A stretch of 64,000 bases of DNA from Eledone cirrhosa (lineage: Eukaryota): contig OZ024750.1 in the NCBI GenBank assembly GCA_964016885.1, forward strand, positions 15,872,001 through 15,936,000. Direction: 5' to 3'. A program made the position numbers and the translations under genes. The notes beneath the pieces were generated by a model. The model was not told where the DNA came from. It saw only the letters and a list, made by a program, of their open reading frames with translations, and searched no databases. This document shows positions 27,447 through 42,052 of this stretch, piece by piece. Position 1 is the first letter of the stretch. The number at the start of each line of letters is the position of its first letter.

Positions 27447-27949
27447 ACTCTCTCTTACTCTCTTTCTGTAGCAATATCTGTTGGGGTGAAAAGGAAAATG
27501 GAAAACAGTGTTCAATCGGGAAGAGAGCAGAAATATTTATTTATGTTCATGTACGGCAAAGGTATTTAGTGATTTATTATATAATCACAGGAAATTATTA
27601 TACATCTAAGTTAACTATACATTTTTGTTATTATGTACATTTATTAGTTACTAGCATTAAAGGCCGGCGTTGCTCGGGGTCAGAAAGTTACCAAAGTTAG
27701 GTTGCACTACCCATTTTATGGCAGCACTTTTTTGTCTGCCAGGCGCTGGGTGAATGAATTGCAGACCTAGACTGCCGAAGCAGGAGCTGCGCCAGCAGTG
27801 ACAATTGTAGTTTCGCCTATGGATATTATCTCTGTGCAAAGAAGTGTTGAAATTTATTGTTTCACAGTACTTGCGCAACACGCGCGTAGACGATGCCAGC
27901 CGAACAACAGAGCTGCGATGGAGTTGTTCTGCATGGTTGTCTAATGTGT

Positions 27950-28131
27950 GTTTTCTAAATTTAAGACAATAGGGAGGGGTGTGATATGGGGAAGAGTTAG
28001 CTGCTGTTTCTAGCAGGTTTAGTGACCTCATAGAGGATATGTTTTCTAAATTTAAGACAGTAGGGAGTGGTGTGATATGGGGGAGAGTTAGCTGCTGTTT
28101 ATAGCAGGTTTAGTGACCTCATAGAGGATAT
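27950..28131. repeat. Tandem duplication of a ~91-bp unit
   Basis: gttttctaaatttaagaca...gacctcatagaggatat occurs twice, back to back. Confidence 0.9.
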
Positions 28132-28339
28132 TATTGTGTATAGTAAATGAACTGATACTTCTTTCTTCCACGTTCGTTGATAGATGTTTTAAAAAAGATT
28201 TATCGCTATTTTTAGTTTTGTTGTTGAATAAATTTATCTGTTACTTTTGATGAAATGTAATAAGTTCGTATGAAATGTAATAAGTTCTCTTTGTCATTGA
28301 AGTAAATAAATGTTTGACCGTTCCACACTCAAAAACAAA

Positions 28340-28375
<36 letters not shown>

Positions 28376-28792
28376 GTTTGTTAGTTTAATCGTATATAAG
28401 AGAAAGTTGCAGCATGTATGTAGTTTTACTGAATTTTAAGGGGAGTAGAGAGAGGAAAATCTGATTGTGTTAAAGGGGCAAACCGTCATGTATTTAGTTT
28501 TATCGATTATTTCCGTAATTGTGGGTAACTTTGAATGAAATAAATAGTCGTTGACCTAAGTTAGATCATTTAGAACATTCTTACAGATTTTGAGTCGAAT
28601 CGGTTTGTAATTGTGCAAATGTATAAACATGGAACATGCACATACACACACACACACACACAACAACAACAATCTGCCTTTTATAGATGATGATGATAAA
28701 AGTGTGGTTCTTAATGGTTTTACCAGCTACCATGTAATCATATTTATTTTATACAATGAAGAACAGCGAAATATTCAAATTTATAAACTGAT

Positions 28793-28888
<96 letters not shown>

Positions 28889-29038
28889 CGAAGGAAATGT
28901 GGTAAGGAACCAGGTGGACCATAACACACCAAAGTACTCAATACTTAGGGTAGTAGAGTGGGTAATAGGAACAAGTAAGACCCCGACGGCCGAGCTCAAG
29001 CCGTTTCGACGGCTAATTCTGTACTCTAATTGAGTACA

Positions 29039-29123
<85 letters not shown>

Positions 29124-29578
29124 ATGATATTAAATAAATGGAAACTATATTTATAAAACCATATTTATTTTATTATAAAAATATAATAAAATAAATATGG
29201 TTTTATAAATATAGTTTCCATTTATTTAATATCATGGAATATTTACTCCGGTAAACTGTTGAGTGCTCTAAATCAGTTATAAACATTTATGTTTGTCGGA
29301 ATTCCAACAAATTAAATAAAACTTCTATATATATATATATATATATAAGTTTGGTGGTTCACCACTGGATAGAACTGATCATTCCGTATAGTTAATCATG
29401 ATGTAATATTATGAAAAGCACTCGACGTTATGCAACTCATCCATCTTTGATGTTGAATCTTGTTGGTGGTGCGAGAACGGAGTCAATTATTACTGAGTAA
29501 AATGACAGGAAGCCCGACTGGTGAAATTCCTTCAAAGATTCAATCTTTGAAGGAATTCGGCCTTCTGTCATTTTACTC

Positions 29579-29609
<31 letters not shown>

Positions 29610-29827
29610 ACGAAGGAAATGTGGTAAGGAACCAGGTGGACCATAACGCACCAAAGTACTCAATACTTAGGGTAGTAGATAGAGTGGGTAATAGGAACGA
29701 GTAGGACCCCAACGGCTGAGCTCAAGCCGTTTCAACGGCTAATTCTGGACTAAAAAATAAAAAAAAAATTTTAGTACAGAATTAGCCGTCGAAACGGCTT
29801 GAGCTCAGCCGTCGGGTCCTACTCGTT

Positions 29828-29867
<40 letters not shown>

Positions 29868-30263
29868 GGATAGACGCCTGCGTGAATCGAACCGAACCCC
29901 TGCTGTTTGCATAAGAAAAGCAAATCTATTTCAAATTTATATATATATATATTTTACTAAGACACGGGGTAAGTTTGAAACTTGAAATAGATTTGCTTTT
30001 CTTATGCAAACATATGTATATATATATATATATATATATCAACTTGTAGAAAACTTATAATGAAACAATTGTTTGGAAAGAGAGATATATTTTAACTTTA
30101 ATTATGTCTCATATAAAATAATACAACTGGCTTTCCACAAAATACATATAGTTAGCACCCCAAACACTTAAATTGGGTTTATACTAACATATAGCCTAAT
30201 GTTTGTTGAGTGAGATGGTTACCAGTCGGAGTTTAGCTTAAAGCTATCTCTGTTATTGTATTA

Positions 30264-30296
<33 letters not shown>

Positions 30297-30302
30297 ATCT
30301 AT

Positions 30303-30369
<67 letters not shown>

Positions 30370-30650
30370 CATATATATATAGAGGAACGATCGACTTTCG
30401 TCAAATCGGACCGAGGGAACAACGTTTCCGTCGGTCTTTCCAATTGCTAATACTATCTATCGGTCGCAACTCCAGGTAGAAGGAGCAACGTGAAATAAAG
30501 TGTCTTGCTCAAGGACATAACGCATCGCCTGGTCCAGGAATTGAACTCACAACCTTACAATTGCGAATCCAATTCTCTAACCACTCAGCCACACGCCTTC
30601 ACTTATTCATTCTTTCACATACTCATTGAATTGAATCTTGTTTAACTCTG

Positions 30651-30984
<334 letters not shown>

Positions 30985-30990
30985 TATATA

Positions 30991-31471
30991 TTACAGAGTT
31001 AAACAAGATTCAATTCAATGAGTATGTGAAAGAATGAGTTTTACAGTAGATTGGAAGCACTCTACAGTAAAATAATTTTCCAGAGTTATTAATATTAAAA
31101 TTCAAATATTATTAAAATAGATGTTCTTTTGATCAATTAAATTTTATTATACATATTTCAGAGGTACAACAGTACGTCCTCATCAGACAAAATATAATGA
31201 TACATGACATACCCTGAGATGTTAAATCTTAACCATTTAACATATCAGGGTATGTCATGTATCATTATATTTTGTCTGATGAGGACGTACTGTTGTACCT
31301 CTGAAATATGTATAATAAAATTTAATTGATCAAAAGAACATCTATTTTAATAATATTTGAATTTTAATATTAATAACTCTGGAAAATTATTTTACTGTAG
31401 AGTGCTTCCAATCTACTGTAAAACTCATTCTTTGACATACTCATTGAATTGAATCTTGTTTAACTCTGTAA
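30991..31471. mobile_element. Near-perfect palindrome of two family E terminal repeats (236-bp arms, 9-nt loop), one hammerhead core per arm, flanked by (TA)n
   Basis: 30991-31226 is the reverse complement of 31236-31471 with 2 mismatches seen. CTGATGA-GGACGTAC-TGTT-GTACCTCT-GAAA-TATG-TA starts near 31276. Confidence 0.85.
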
Positions 31472-31477
31472 TATATA

Positions 31478-31585
<108 letters not shown>

Positions 31586-31609
31586 GTATATATATGTATA
31601 TATATATAT

Positions 31610-31643
<34 letters not shown>

Positions 31644-31648
31644 ATATG

Positions 31649-31706
<58 letters not shown>

Positions 31707-31849
31707 GGAGGTGAGTTTTATTGTAGTACAATAAAGCAATGCAGATATCGGATAAGAAGCACTCTACAGTTTGTAGGTTGATTTAAAGCTGTTGATTTAA
31801 AACTGCACTATCCACAAGTGTTTTTTAGCCTTCATATCATGTTCTCCTG

Positions 31850-31916
31850 TTTTATCTGATGAAAACACAAATATTATTGCATGATGATGTTTGTTTTTGA
31901 AATGCGCATAATAAAA
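31850..31916 (+). ncRNA. Hammerhead relic with a long stem II
   Basis: CTGATGA-AAACACAAATATTATT-GCAT-GATGATGTTTGTTTTT-GAAA-TGCG-CA. U16.1 is replaced by C, so it is probably dead. Confidence 0.5.
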
Positions 31917-31948
31917 TACATGGAAATCCTTTAACCATGTTTTGATCT

Positions 31949-32016
<68 letters not shown>

Positions 32017-32500
32017 TATAATTGTTTCTACTATTGGCACAAGGCCAGAAAATTACCCAGTACATTACTGGTACTTTATTTTATCGACCCCGTAAGGATG
32101 AAAGGCAAAGTTAACCTCGGCGGGATTTGAACTCAGAATGGCAAGGGCCGTAACTCTATGCGTCAAAGCATGGCGTCCGAACCTCTACCGATACTGCCAA
32201 TCATACTATAATGCAAGATAGACTGTAGCTGTAATTCAAAGGGCCAGCCATGACACATATTGTATCATCCTGAATCTCCCTGAGTATATTACGGCAAGGT
32301 TACACCTGTCTGTGGAATGCTCAGCCACTTGCTTGTTAATTTCACGAGCAGGCTGTTTCGTTGATCTGGAACACTCTTCGTCAGTACCGACGGAATTCCA
32401 ACACAATCTCTCTAGATCCATATTGTTCATTGACCATCATTACAGCTACTTCGTTTTCCAGTGGTTTGTTATAACGCCTTTTGATGTCTGTTGGTGTGTG

Positions 32501-32586
<86 letters not shown>

Positions 32587-33085
32587 ATCAGGTCTGATAA
32601 TAATGTTATACTTTGTGTTTTCATTTTTTTTTCTAAGGCAAATTTGAATACACTTATGTAATGATGGCTTGAATGAAGCAAATTTTGCAGACTGCTAATA
32701 ACATGTAGCTGAAGACCACTGGAAATATTTCTACATCATTGGGTTGCTTCTTCTTTGTAAATAAACTTGAATAAACTTTGTAAAAACTTGAATTGGTTCC
32801 TCATTAGGCTGAGGGAGCAAACTTCCGATTAAATGTTAACATTGTCCTTGGATTTTAAATGTTTTAAAATAACCATAGTCAGTATGATCTTTTTCAGCTC
32901 CAAAGGACGTCATCTGAAATGCAGCATTATACCGCATAACATTGCTCCTAAAGTGCCTAGCTTCAATGGTATGGTTTGTAAGCAGTGTACGAGTAACAGG
33001 TACGACCTCGAAAGGATGAAAGGCAAAGTTGACCTCGGTGGGATTTAAGCTCAGAGAGCAGAGAGCCGGAACGAATACCGTAAAG

Positions 33086-33288
33086 CAGGCCTTCAAAACA
33101 TGCGGTCCTTTACAAGCACACCTGCGGCCCGTACAAATGGTTTTACAGCGCGAGCATGTTTTATCTTTTTAATATAAAATAAAATAAAAAATAGCTGTAA
33201 TGTGCGCAATTAGTTGTCGTATGTGGCCCTCAGGCAACAGAGGTGTGACCCATGTGCCCCTCGGGGTACCCTCAGTTTGACATGCCTG
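33086..33288. mobile_element. hAT MITE inserted inside a SINE
   Basis: caggc...gcctg termini with a perfect 8-bp TSD ccgtaaag (33078-33085 and 33289-33296). The SINE sequence resumes across it. Confidence 0.9.
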
Positions 33289-33720
33289 CCGTAAAGCATT
33301 CTATTGACGTTCTAACGACTCTGCCAATTCGCCGCCTATAAATTAATTGTTTCCACTTTTGGCACAAGGCCAGCAATTACCCCAGTACATTACTGGTACT
33401 TTATTTTATCGACCCCGTAAGGATGAAAGGCAAAGTTAACTTCGACGTGATTTGAACTCAGACCGTAAAGGGACGTAACTATGCTAGAAAGCATGGCGTC
33501 CAAATTAATATATACGGTAGATTAATTTCAAATGGCATCAATTTTATCGTGAGAGATCGTCGGTTTTCGTTTTTGTGTGATGCGCGAAGACTCCAATCAA
33601 CAAATATCTTTCTTTTATCTTATACAAGTGCAATTAAGAACATTCATTGTAATGAAGAATAAAGACTATTATAGAAAATCATATTTATATTCAGACAATT
33701 TCTACACCCATAAAGTGTGT

Positions 33721-33761
<41 letters not shown>

Positions 33762-33819
33762 CATATACATGTTTGTCTATATATATAAACAAACTCCATA
33801 GTCTTCGCTGGGAGTATGA

Positions 33820-33854
<35 letters not shown>

Positions 33855-33874
33855 TTTATATATATAAGAATATG

Positions 33875-33930
<56 letters not shown>

Positions 33931-33950
33931 TTTATATATATAAGAATATG

Positions 33951-34076
<126 letters not shown>

Positions 34077-34564
34077 CATATTCTTATATATATAAAAACA
34101 CATTGAATATATCATTTAAATTTGAATCGTTATATACACCTTAATTTACAATTGAATTAATATCATTGTTATAATATATATTATTACAATTGAATTAATA
34201 TCATTGTTATAATATATATTATTTATATACGAGTAAAAACTTGCACTGAAAATCTTTTTAAATTGCACTTTATCTGTGTTTTACACAAAATGACCTGAGC
34301 AAAAGGATTAGTTCCCCTTTACACACGATCTTCACTACATACCAATTCCTAATCATTACCCCCTTCTTTAGAGCTCTTCTATAAAAGAGAAGTGAACGAA
34401 CAAAACCATTCCAAAATGGCCGGACTGAAGATTTGACAAAGTCTAAAACACTTGTACCCGGATGTATAATTTATTAGTGTAATAAATAACTGTCTGTGTG
34501 TATGTATGTATGTATATGTATGTATGTATATATATATATATATATATGTTATATACATACATAC

Positions 34565-34631
<67 letters not shown>

Positions 34632-34682
34632 TATACATACATACATTATATATATATATATATATATTATATACATACATAC

Positions 34683-34774
<92 letters not shown>

Positions 34775-34830
34775 CGTGTGTATCTATCTTTCTATTTAAC
34801 TTCTATCTATCTATCTATCTATCTATCTTA

Positions 34831-35401
34831 TTGTACCGAGTCTATTGTAACGATCAAGCCGCCTCCCCTCTTCAAAAACGAAGGAGAGGCGGTGTTTCTG
34901 TGCGTAATAGCCAGGGCGAAAGAGGGTGTATGGTGGACGCGTCTGAAAGGACTGAGATCAGACACCTTTCTCTCTGGCCAACAACTGGTCCGTTTCTTCC
35001 GATATCATTTCGGAAGAAAGATCAGGATGGAGAGAGAGGTGCTGCACCCCAGCCGTTTTTATGAAAGATGGGTGAAAGAGGCGAGAATGGCTCGCGTGAA
35101 TGGGCCTTCACTCTACATCAGACTGTAGGTGAGAAAGATGAACGATCAAGGGAGCACCCTCTCTCTGTGCTCCTGAGGAGAAGGGTTGTACACTTTTTCA
35201 GGGGAGGGGGCGACCCCCCCCCCAAGGCGCCTCCTCCCTATTGAGGATTTTGTTATTCAATTTATTTTTGTTATATTTTATATCTTATATTTTTATATTT
35301 TGTTATTGCCTCCTCCTTATTGAGGACGCCTTTTTATGTAAACTCCCCCCATTGTACTTGTCCCACTCTTTGACGCCTTGGTGGCAAATAAAAAGAAAGT
35401 T
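34831..35401 (+). mobile_element. 5'-truncated Tx1-like element in (TATC)n
   Basis: [10 protein letters not shown]...[11 protein letters not shown]...[11 protein letters not shown] plus the same 3' UTR as the 21.8-23.2 kb copies, with TATC repeats on both sides. Confidence 0.88.
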
Positions 35402-35626
35402 ATCTATCTATCTTATTGTCAGACCATAGTTATCTATTTATGTATATCTATCTTCGGACAAGAACAACAAAAACAACAAAGCCCAAATCCCAATAACCGT
35501 CCCCCAAAAAGATAAATAGAACGCTCTTGTATTCTTTCATCAAAAGTATGTATAAAGATGTCAATCTATGTTTGTTAATATCTACAAATTAATGACAAAC
35601 TTCATGTTTATTAATTTGCTGTTTGG

Positions 35627-36097
35627 TATATAGTTTAATGAATATCTGGCTGAGGTGTAAAAAATACAGTGAAAAGTTAATTATATTACTAAATCTTTCT
35701 AAATCGTTGATTATTTTCAGAAATATGGGAATAAACGTCTGTTTAATTATTGTCGAAATGTGTACGTTTTATCGCCTGCACGTAAGATTGCTTTTATGTC
35801 TGTGAAATTGAATGTACTTTAACTTGCTATCCGATTTTTCTTTGGCCATACATCGATATATATATATACATACATGCATACATACATATATATATAAATC
35901 GCATAGCAAGTTAAAGTACATTCAATTTCACAGACATAAAAGCAATCTTACGTGCAGGCGATAAAACGTACACATTTCGACAATAATTAAACAGACGTTT
36001 GTTCCCATATTTCTGAAAATAATCAACGATTTAGAAAGATTTAGTAATATAATTAACTTTTCACTGTATTTTTTACACCTCAGCCAGATATTTATTA

Positions 36098-36106
<9 letters not shown>
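35627..36106. repeat. Long inverted repeat, 211-bp arms (35627-35837 and 35896-36106), 58-bp spacer
   Basis: Direct reverse-complement comparison shows about 3 mismatches. The right arm runs into (TA)n. Confidence 0.92.
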
Positions 36107-36140
<34 letters not shown>

Positions 36141-36144
<4 letters not shown>

Positions 36145-36338
36145 AAAAGGTATGACCCCGACGGCAGAGCTCAAGCCGTTTCGACGGCTATTTCTGGACT
36201 CTATCCAGGAATAGCCGTCGAAACGGCTTGAGCTTTGCCGTCGGGGTCATACCTTTTCCTATTACCCACTCTATTACCCTAAGTATTGAGTACTCTGGTG
36301 CGTTATGGTCCATCTGGTTCCTTACCACAACTCCTTCG

Positions 36339-36341
<3 letters not shown>
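36141..36341 (+). mobile_element. Family B terminal fragment: 58-bp fold-back plus unpaired 3' tail, within (TA)n
   Basis: 36141-36198 is inverted at 36204-36261 around the loop ctcta. Confidence 0.65.
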
Positions 36342-36401
<60 letters not shown>

Positions 36402-36530
36402 AGAGAACGATAGATAAATAGATAGATGCGAAGAATCGATCTTTATGCAAGTATATTCAATTACTCTCAGATCTTATGTCATTGCGCCTATATAATTGTA
36501 CAAACACGCATATTATGTGAATACAATTGT

Positions 36531-36699
36531 CTAGACAATTTCTTATCCTTGAATTATTGTGTAACTGCTCCTAATGGAAATTCTTTAATTTTATATTAAC
36601 AGAGCTGACTATAGGTTCCAACAGGGACTATTTTTAACACTTTGGTTAACCTATACGGTTAACCTAAACGGACCTGTTTACAAATACATACACACACGC

Positions 36700-36777
<78 letters not shown>

Positions 36778-36991
36778 TATCCACGGTAAGTTGTGGGGTC
36801 TAGTCTGCATGAAGAACTCAATGTAATCCATATGTTGGAAATGTTGTAGGTTAAAATAAATCCCGGAAAACAATAAAACATTAAAAGGAAAACAGAGTCA
36901 TGATATAAGTTAAAACAATGAAATAAAAAATCAAGTCATTAGAAGTGAAGTATATTTCTAATGACTTGATTTTTTATTTCATTGTTTTAAC

Positions 36992-37027
<36 letters not shown>

Positions 37028-37195
37028 GTGTGTGTATGTGTGTTTAATTGCAAACAGGCCCGTTTAGGTTAATAGTATATGTTAACCAAAGTGTTAAAAA
37101 AATTCACTGTTAAAACCTAAAGCTCAACTAATATAAAATATAAGAATTTTCATCAGGAGTAATACAATAATTCAAGGATAAGAAATTGTCTAAAG
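36531..37195. repeat. Older inverted repeat (~36531-36695 and ~37036-37195) enclosing (TA)n and a younger hairpin (~36902-36996)
   Basis: Arms share agacaatttcttatccttgaattattgt...ttaacactttggttaac...aacctaaacgg. The inner hairpin is ataagttaaaacaatgaaataaaaaatcaagtcattagaa and its reverse complement. Confidence 0.8.
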
Positions 37196-37222
37196 AAACG
37201 TATCGACATAATATGCTCTCTC

Positions 37223-37295
<73 letters not shown>

Positions 37296-37300
<5 letters not shown>

Positions 37301-37622
37301 TGATCTGTCGGCCAGCTACATTTTTCAACCTGAGGCTTTCGAGACGTTTGGGGGAGTCGGGCCGCTGACTGCGAGGTTCCTTTCCTCACTAGCGGCTCGC
37401 CTAATAGAGGTGACTGGCGAATCTCGCGAGGGTGCTTGGCTGTTTCAGCGCATCAGCCTCGCCATCACCCGAGGCAACACTGCGAGTGTGCTGGCTTACA
37501 TCAAACATCATTAGAGAGGTTGCCCAGTACTCGCGACGTTGCTGTCTTTTGTTCTGGTGTTGACTCCGTTGTTCACCCCTTCCTTTACATTTTCTTGAAT
37601 ATTGTAACATTAAAAGAATATA
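37296..37622 (+). mobile_element. CRE-like RLE-type non-LTR retrotransposon 3' end
   Basis: FQPEAFETFGGVGP...LFQRISLAITRGNTASV matches the C-terminal pattern P.A.ET.G..G...QR.S.A..RGN of CRE-clade elements. It starts directly after (TA)n. Confidence 0.75.
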
Positions 37623-38014
37623 TCTTTCATTATATGTATGTATGTGTATGTAAACAATTAACCGTTTCTAAATGTTATTTAAATAAAATGTGACATTCTA
37701 TCGTCTGACTTTTCCCTGGATTCGTTCTTATTACAGACAGTCTATATCTACTACCTCTCAAAACGCCATACTGTTCTTATATAATAATAATTGTTTCTAC
37801 TTTTGGCACAATAATAATAATTTCTTATTCATTTTCTTCTAAATAAACCTATTATTATTATAATTATTTTAATACAAAAAAAAATATCAAAGTAACTTTT
37901 ATTTGTTGATAATATATCTTTCTAAATAGAATTTATAAAATTCATAGCATCAGCAAGCAAAAATTATTGTAAAAAAAAAACTATTGCACATAGAGAAGAT
38001 GGAGGAAGTTAGTT

Positions 38015-38062
38015 TGAGAATGCGCAGTGATACCGGAAGTCGGTAAACACGAGGTGTTTTTA
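38015..38062. promoter_or_regulatory. Possible housekeeping-type promoter motifs
   Basis: aagatgg, tgcgcagt and the ETS site ccggaagt are clustered in very AT-rich non-repetitive DNA. Confidence 0.3.
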
Positions 38063-38589
38063 GAATTTGCTAAAATGTTACCAGATATCTATAATTTTAT
38101 CACATAAAAATGAATTTACAATAAAACATGAAGATAAAAATCATTATTTTATATTTAGTGGCAAATGTAAAATATTTGTGAGACGCAGCGTTTGCTTATG
38201 TTTGTGAATACGTGCGAAACCTATCATGACTTCTTTTATCCCCACCGACGCCACTATCTTCCTTTGCCACATACAATCTCACGTTCGCACACATGGCTAT
38301 CACTATAACTTTGATATCATATATCTGTTCATATGATATCCTTTAAACGCATACACACACACCCACGTATACATACATGTATATATATATATATTATATA
38401 TATACTTTATTGATAACAATCAAAGTGTTTAAGAACATTTAATCAATCTCTCTCTCTCTCTCTCTCTCCCTCTCTCTCTCTCTGTCTCTCTCTCTCTATA
38501 TATATAAGTACAATTTTATATATATATGAAATATATACACACACTGTAAAATGAAAACAAGTCCCACTCCACCAAATCTATCTATCTAT

Positions 38590-38779
38590 TTGGAGATGAG
38601 GGTTGCACATTTTTTCGGGGGTATGTGTTACCCATATGAAATATTTCCCCCTATTGGGGAAAATTGATTGTTTTTTAAATTGCATTTGTGATAGTATTTT
38701 ACACGTTTTTATTGTATGTAAACTTCCCCCTTTGTATTTGTCCCCTTCTTTTGTGCCCCTGTGGCTAATAAAGAAACAT
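38590..38779 (+). mobile_element. Tx1-like 3' UTR fragment in (TATC)n
   Basis: Same UTR end gtgcccctgtggctaataaagaaaca-tatctatc, preceded by tctatctatctatt. Confidence 0.8.
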
Positions 38780-39143
38780 ATCTATCTACACACCTGTCAT
38801 TGTATGTATGTATGTGTGTATGTGTGTATGTATGCATGTATGCTTTCTCCGAAACTTTACTGTTAACTTCGTATCAAAACTATTTCCAGTAAATAATTAT
38901 CATGATAATAAATCTAACCAAGTAATTACAAAATAAACATTTATTTATTTATTTATTTTGCTAACTAAATTATCAACAAAGCATGTCAGACGATAGGAGT
39001 TCGATCTTCTAACATACACGTGACTAACTCACACAAACAACTGAAATTTGTTGATTTCTTTTTGTCAGCGTCGTGGGAAATTATATCCGCTCACAAATTG
39101 TACAAAACTCATTGTTTGAACTCACACATATGTGTGTGTGTAA

Positions 39144-39252
<109 letters not shown>

Positions 39253-39365
39253 TGTATCCCGGGTTCAATCGGGAGTAACCACAGTAAGGTAATCAATACA
39301 TAGAGTATAAATGATTTCCTTCGAATGAAACCGTTCTAGTCTTGTAGAAGCCATTTCTATATTAA

Positions 39366-39398
<33 letters not shown>

Positions 39399-40277
39399 TA
39401 TATATATATATGTTACATTGTATCATGTAACTTTTATTTATCAATAATTTTTAATTTTTGAAAATATCAACATGTTTTCAACATCTGGAATAAATAATAA
39501 ATTATTGATTTAAATAGTTATGAGCTATCTTGTTTGTGTCTTTGTAAATAAATAAAGATTAACCGTAATATTAAAAACATTTTGTAGTTTTAATAAATGA
39601 TACTCATTCTCAGCGACAACAATATAATTTGTTCAAATAAATATTATATATATTATACATATATATATATAAATATTATATATATATATTACAGATAGAT
39701 AGATATTCTGGCGCCTAGGTTAAAGAAACCACTTTTATTTTTATTATCAATTTATTTCTTGTATGTTTCGTAAATATGTGTATTAGACGAGAGAAAGAGA
39801 GTGTGTGTAAAGAGCAACGGTTGCAATGGGGTTTGTGTCATTATGTGTGTGTATATGCGCAGTCGCACTGCTCGCACTTTGCAAAACAACAAGCACGATA
39901 GAAGAGGCAGCTAAACTCACTCACTAACGAACTATAGTAAAAATGACGGTAAACCAAGAGCGAAGTAGAAGGAATAAGACTACATGCAGCCCCTTCGTTT
40001 GTCGCTCATTCTATCGGCCGAATAATAATAATAATAAAGAAATGGCAGGCAAAAGAGAAAAAAAAGCCTGTGTATGTTTTTGTCTTTTCTTTTTGCCTGT
40101 AACAAAGTCACTGTAAACAGTCAACTGTGAATACAGCGAGTAGAGGTGGGGCATACACACAAAAACACGTTTACCACGCGCACATGTACACACACACATA
40201 CATAAATATATATATGCACTTTTTTTATAAATACAAAACTGTTTACAATCTTTTATCCGTTTATATCTATATACCAG

Positions 40278-40319
<42 letters not shown>

Positions 40320-40803
40320 TGTGTGTGTGTGTGTCTTCCTATCGTTCTAACTATGATTCTGCATCTATCTACATACTTACCGATCTACCTACTATTATTT
40401 CGTATTATATAAACAATTTCAATCTGATTGATTTTCAAACATAATGCAGGCAAATAAAATAAGTAAAAACCAACAACAAACTTTCCTACAATTTGCATGC
40501 TATATAAAAAATTATTGAAGCTGTATGTTTAGGGTAATGTGAGAGTGTTGGCTAACCTCAGTGTTCTGTTGACCCTTATGTGATGCGGCCGATTGTCGCA
40601 CTTGGTGATAAATCGATGGTCATTTTCGATTTTGCTTTTGCTTCACCTTTTTATGTATTATATTTGATATATTTTTAGTATGTTATATTTGTGAAGTTCC
40701 TAGCAATAATCAGTTGTATTTTCAGTATATACATATATAAGTATTGTGTATTTTATTTTCAATAATTCAATTAAATATAGAGTAGCAACAGGAAGAAATC
40801 TCA

Positions 40804-40836
<33 letters not shown>

Positions 40837-41559
40837 TATGTTAACGTATCAATACATATATATGTATGATGATTATGCTTCTCAATAAAAAAGGCTCAAT
40901 GGATATTGGTTTAGAGCAAATAAAATATATGTATCTCTCTATACATATATCTCTTAATTTGAATATATATATATATATATATATATTAGAGAGAGAGAGA
41001 GAGAGAGAGATGGGGTGGGGAAATACGTATATGAACTTCTTGTACATTTTCAACAAACTGCTTATTTTTACTACGCTAAAGGAAGTTGTAAATAAATATT
41101 TATCGCTAGCATCATTCATCATATATATTACAATATATAAGTTAATACGACTGGATGTATTATCCGTAATACACTAATAGAAATAAATGTACTACGTGTA
41201 ATACGTTAATATAAATGAATGGAGTGTTATACGTTAATAAGAAATCAACAGAGGAAATACAAAGTTGATATGAGCGACACCTCACGGCAGTATTTAGAAA
41301 CACTAAAACCGGGCTAACGTGTTGAAAAATATAAATTATATATTTAAAATAGTTCTAGATGATTATAAAGAACAAAAAAAATGAGGAAAAAATTTTCTTG
41401 AGTGATATATAATATAGTTTTATTTAGCCAATGTTGACAGTTAAAATGAAAGACAATCCTAGCAGTTTTCATATATTTCGACATTTTCTTTCATGTCTAG
41501 CTACTATAGGGCAATAATGCACCACAGCGCCACTCAGCGGCAAACATTCTTACCAAGGG

Positions 41560-41722
41560 AAGATAAATATAATTACATATCAATAAGCTACGCCATTTTA
41601 TTTTTGTACTAAAATAATCTCATCCGCTTCTGCGTTCGACTTAGGTCTTTTTTCTCCCTTACTGCTTTATCACGAAGGGGAATTTACCGATTTCAAATAC
41701 AGCTGAAGGACACAACTATTTG
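41560..41722 (+). promoter_or_regulatory. Candidate transcription start region and non-coding first exon
   Basis: YY1-type cgccatttt at ~41591 and ~41815, retained CpGs, and a strong donor aag|gtaaga at 41716/41717. Linkage to the 57.5 kb gene is unproven. Confidence 0.4.
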
Positions 41723-42016
41723 TTTTGTGCAATAAGGTAAGAATTCTTGTTTTCTCAATAATTTCAGAGAATTTTGGTGCAAAAGTCTAAATAGCATTTG
41801 CGCCGTTTTGCATACGCCATTTTCCTGCTGACATGTGAGGATGCGTGCATGAACACATAGAGGGCGTTAGTTAATAATGGTTCCAGCCATACAGTTGCTT
41901 TTAAACCAAGAAAACAACAGGTATCTTTTATACTTATAATAATTTCATGTCATCTTTCGAAACCATGGTGAATTAATTTATATGCGCACACACACACACA
42001 CGCATACATACATACA

Positions 42017-42052
<36 letters not shown>

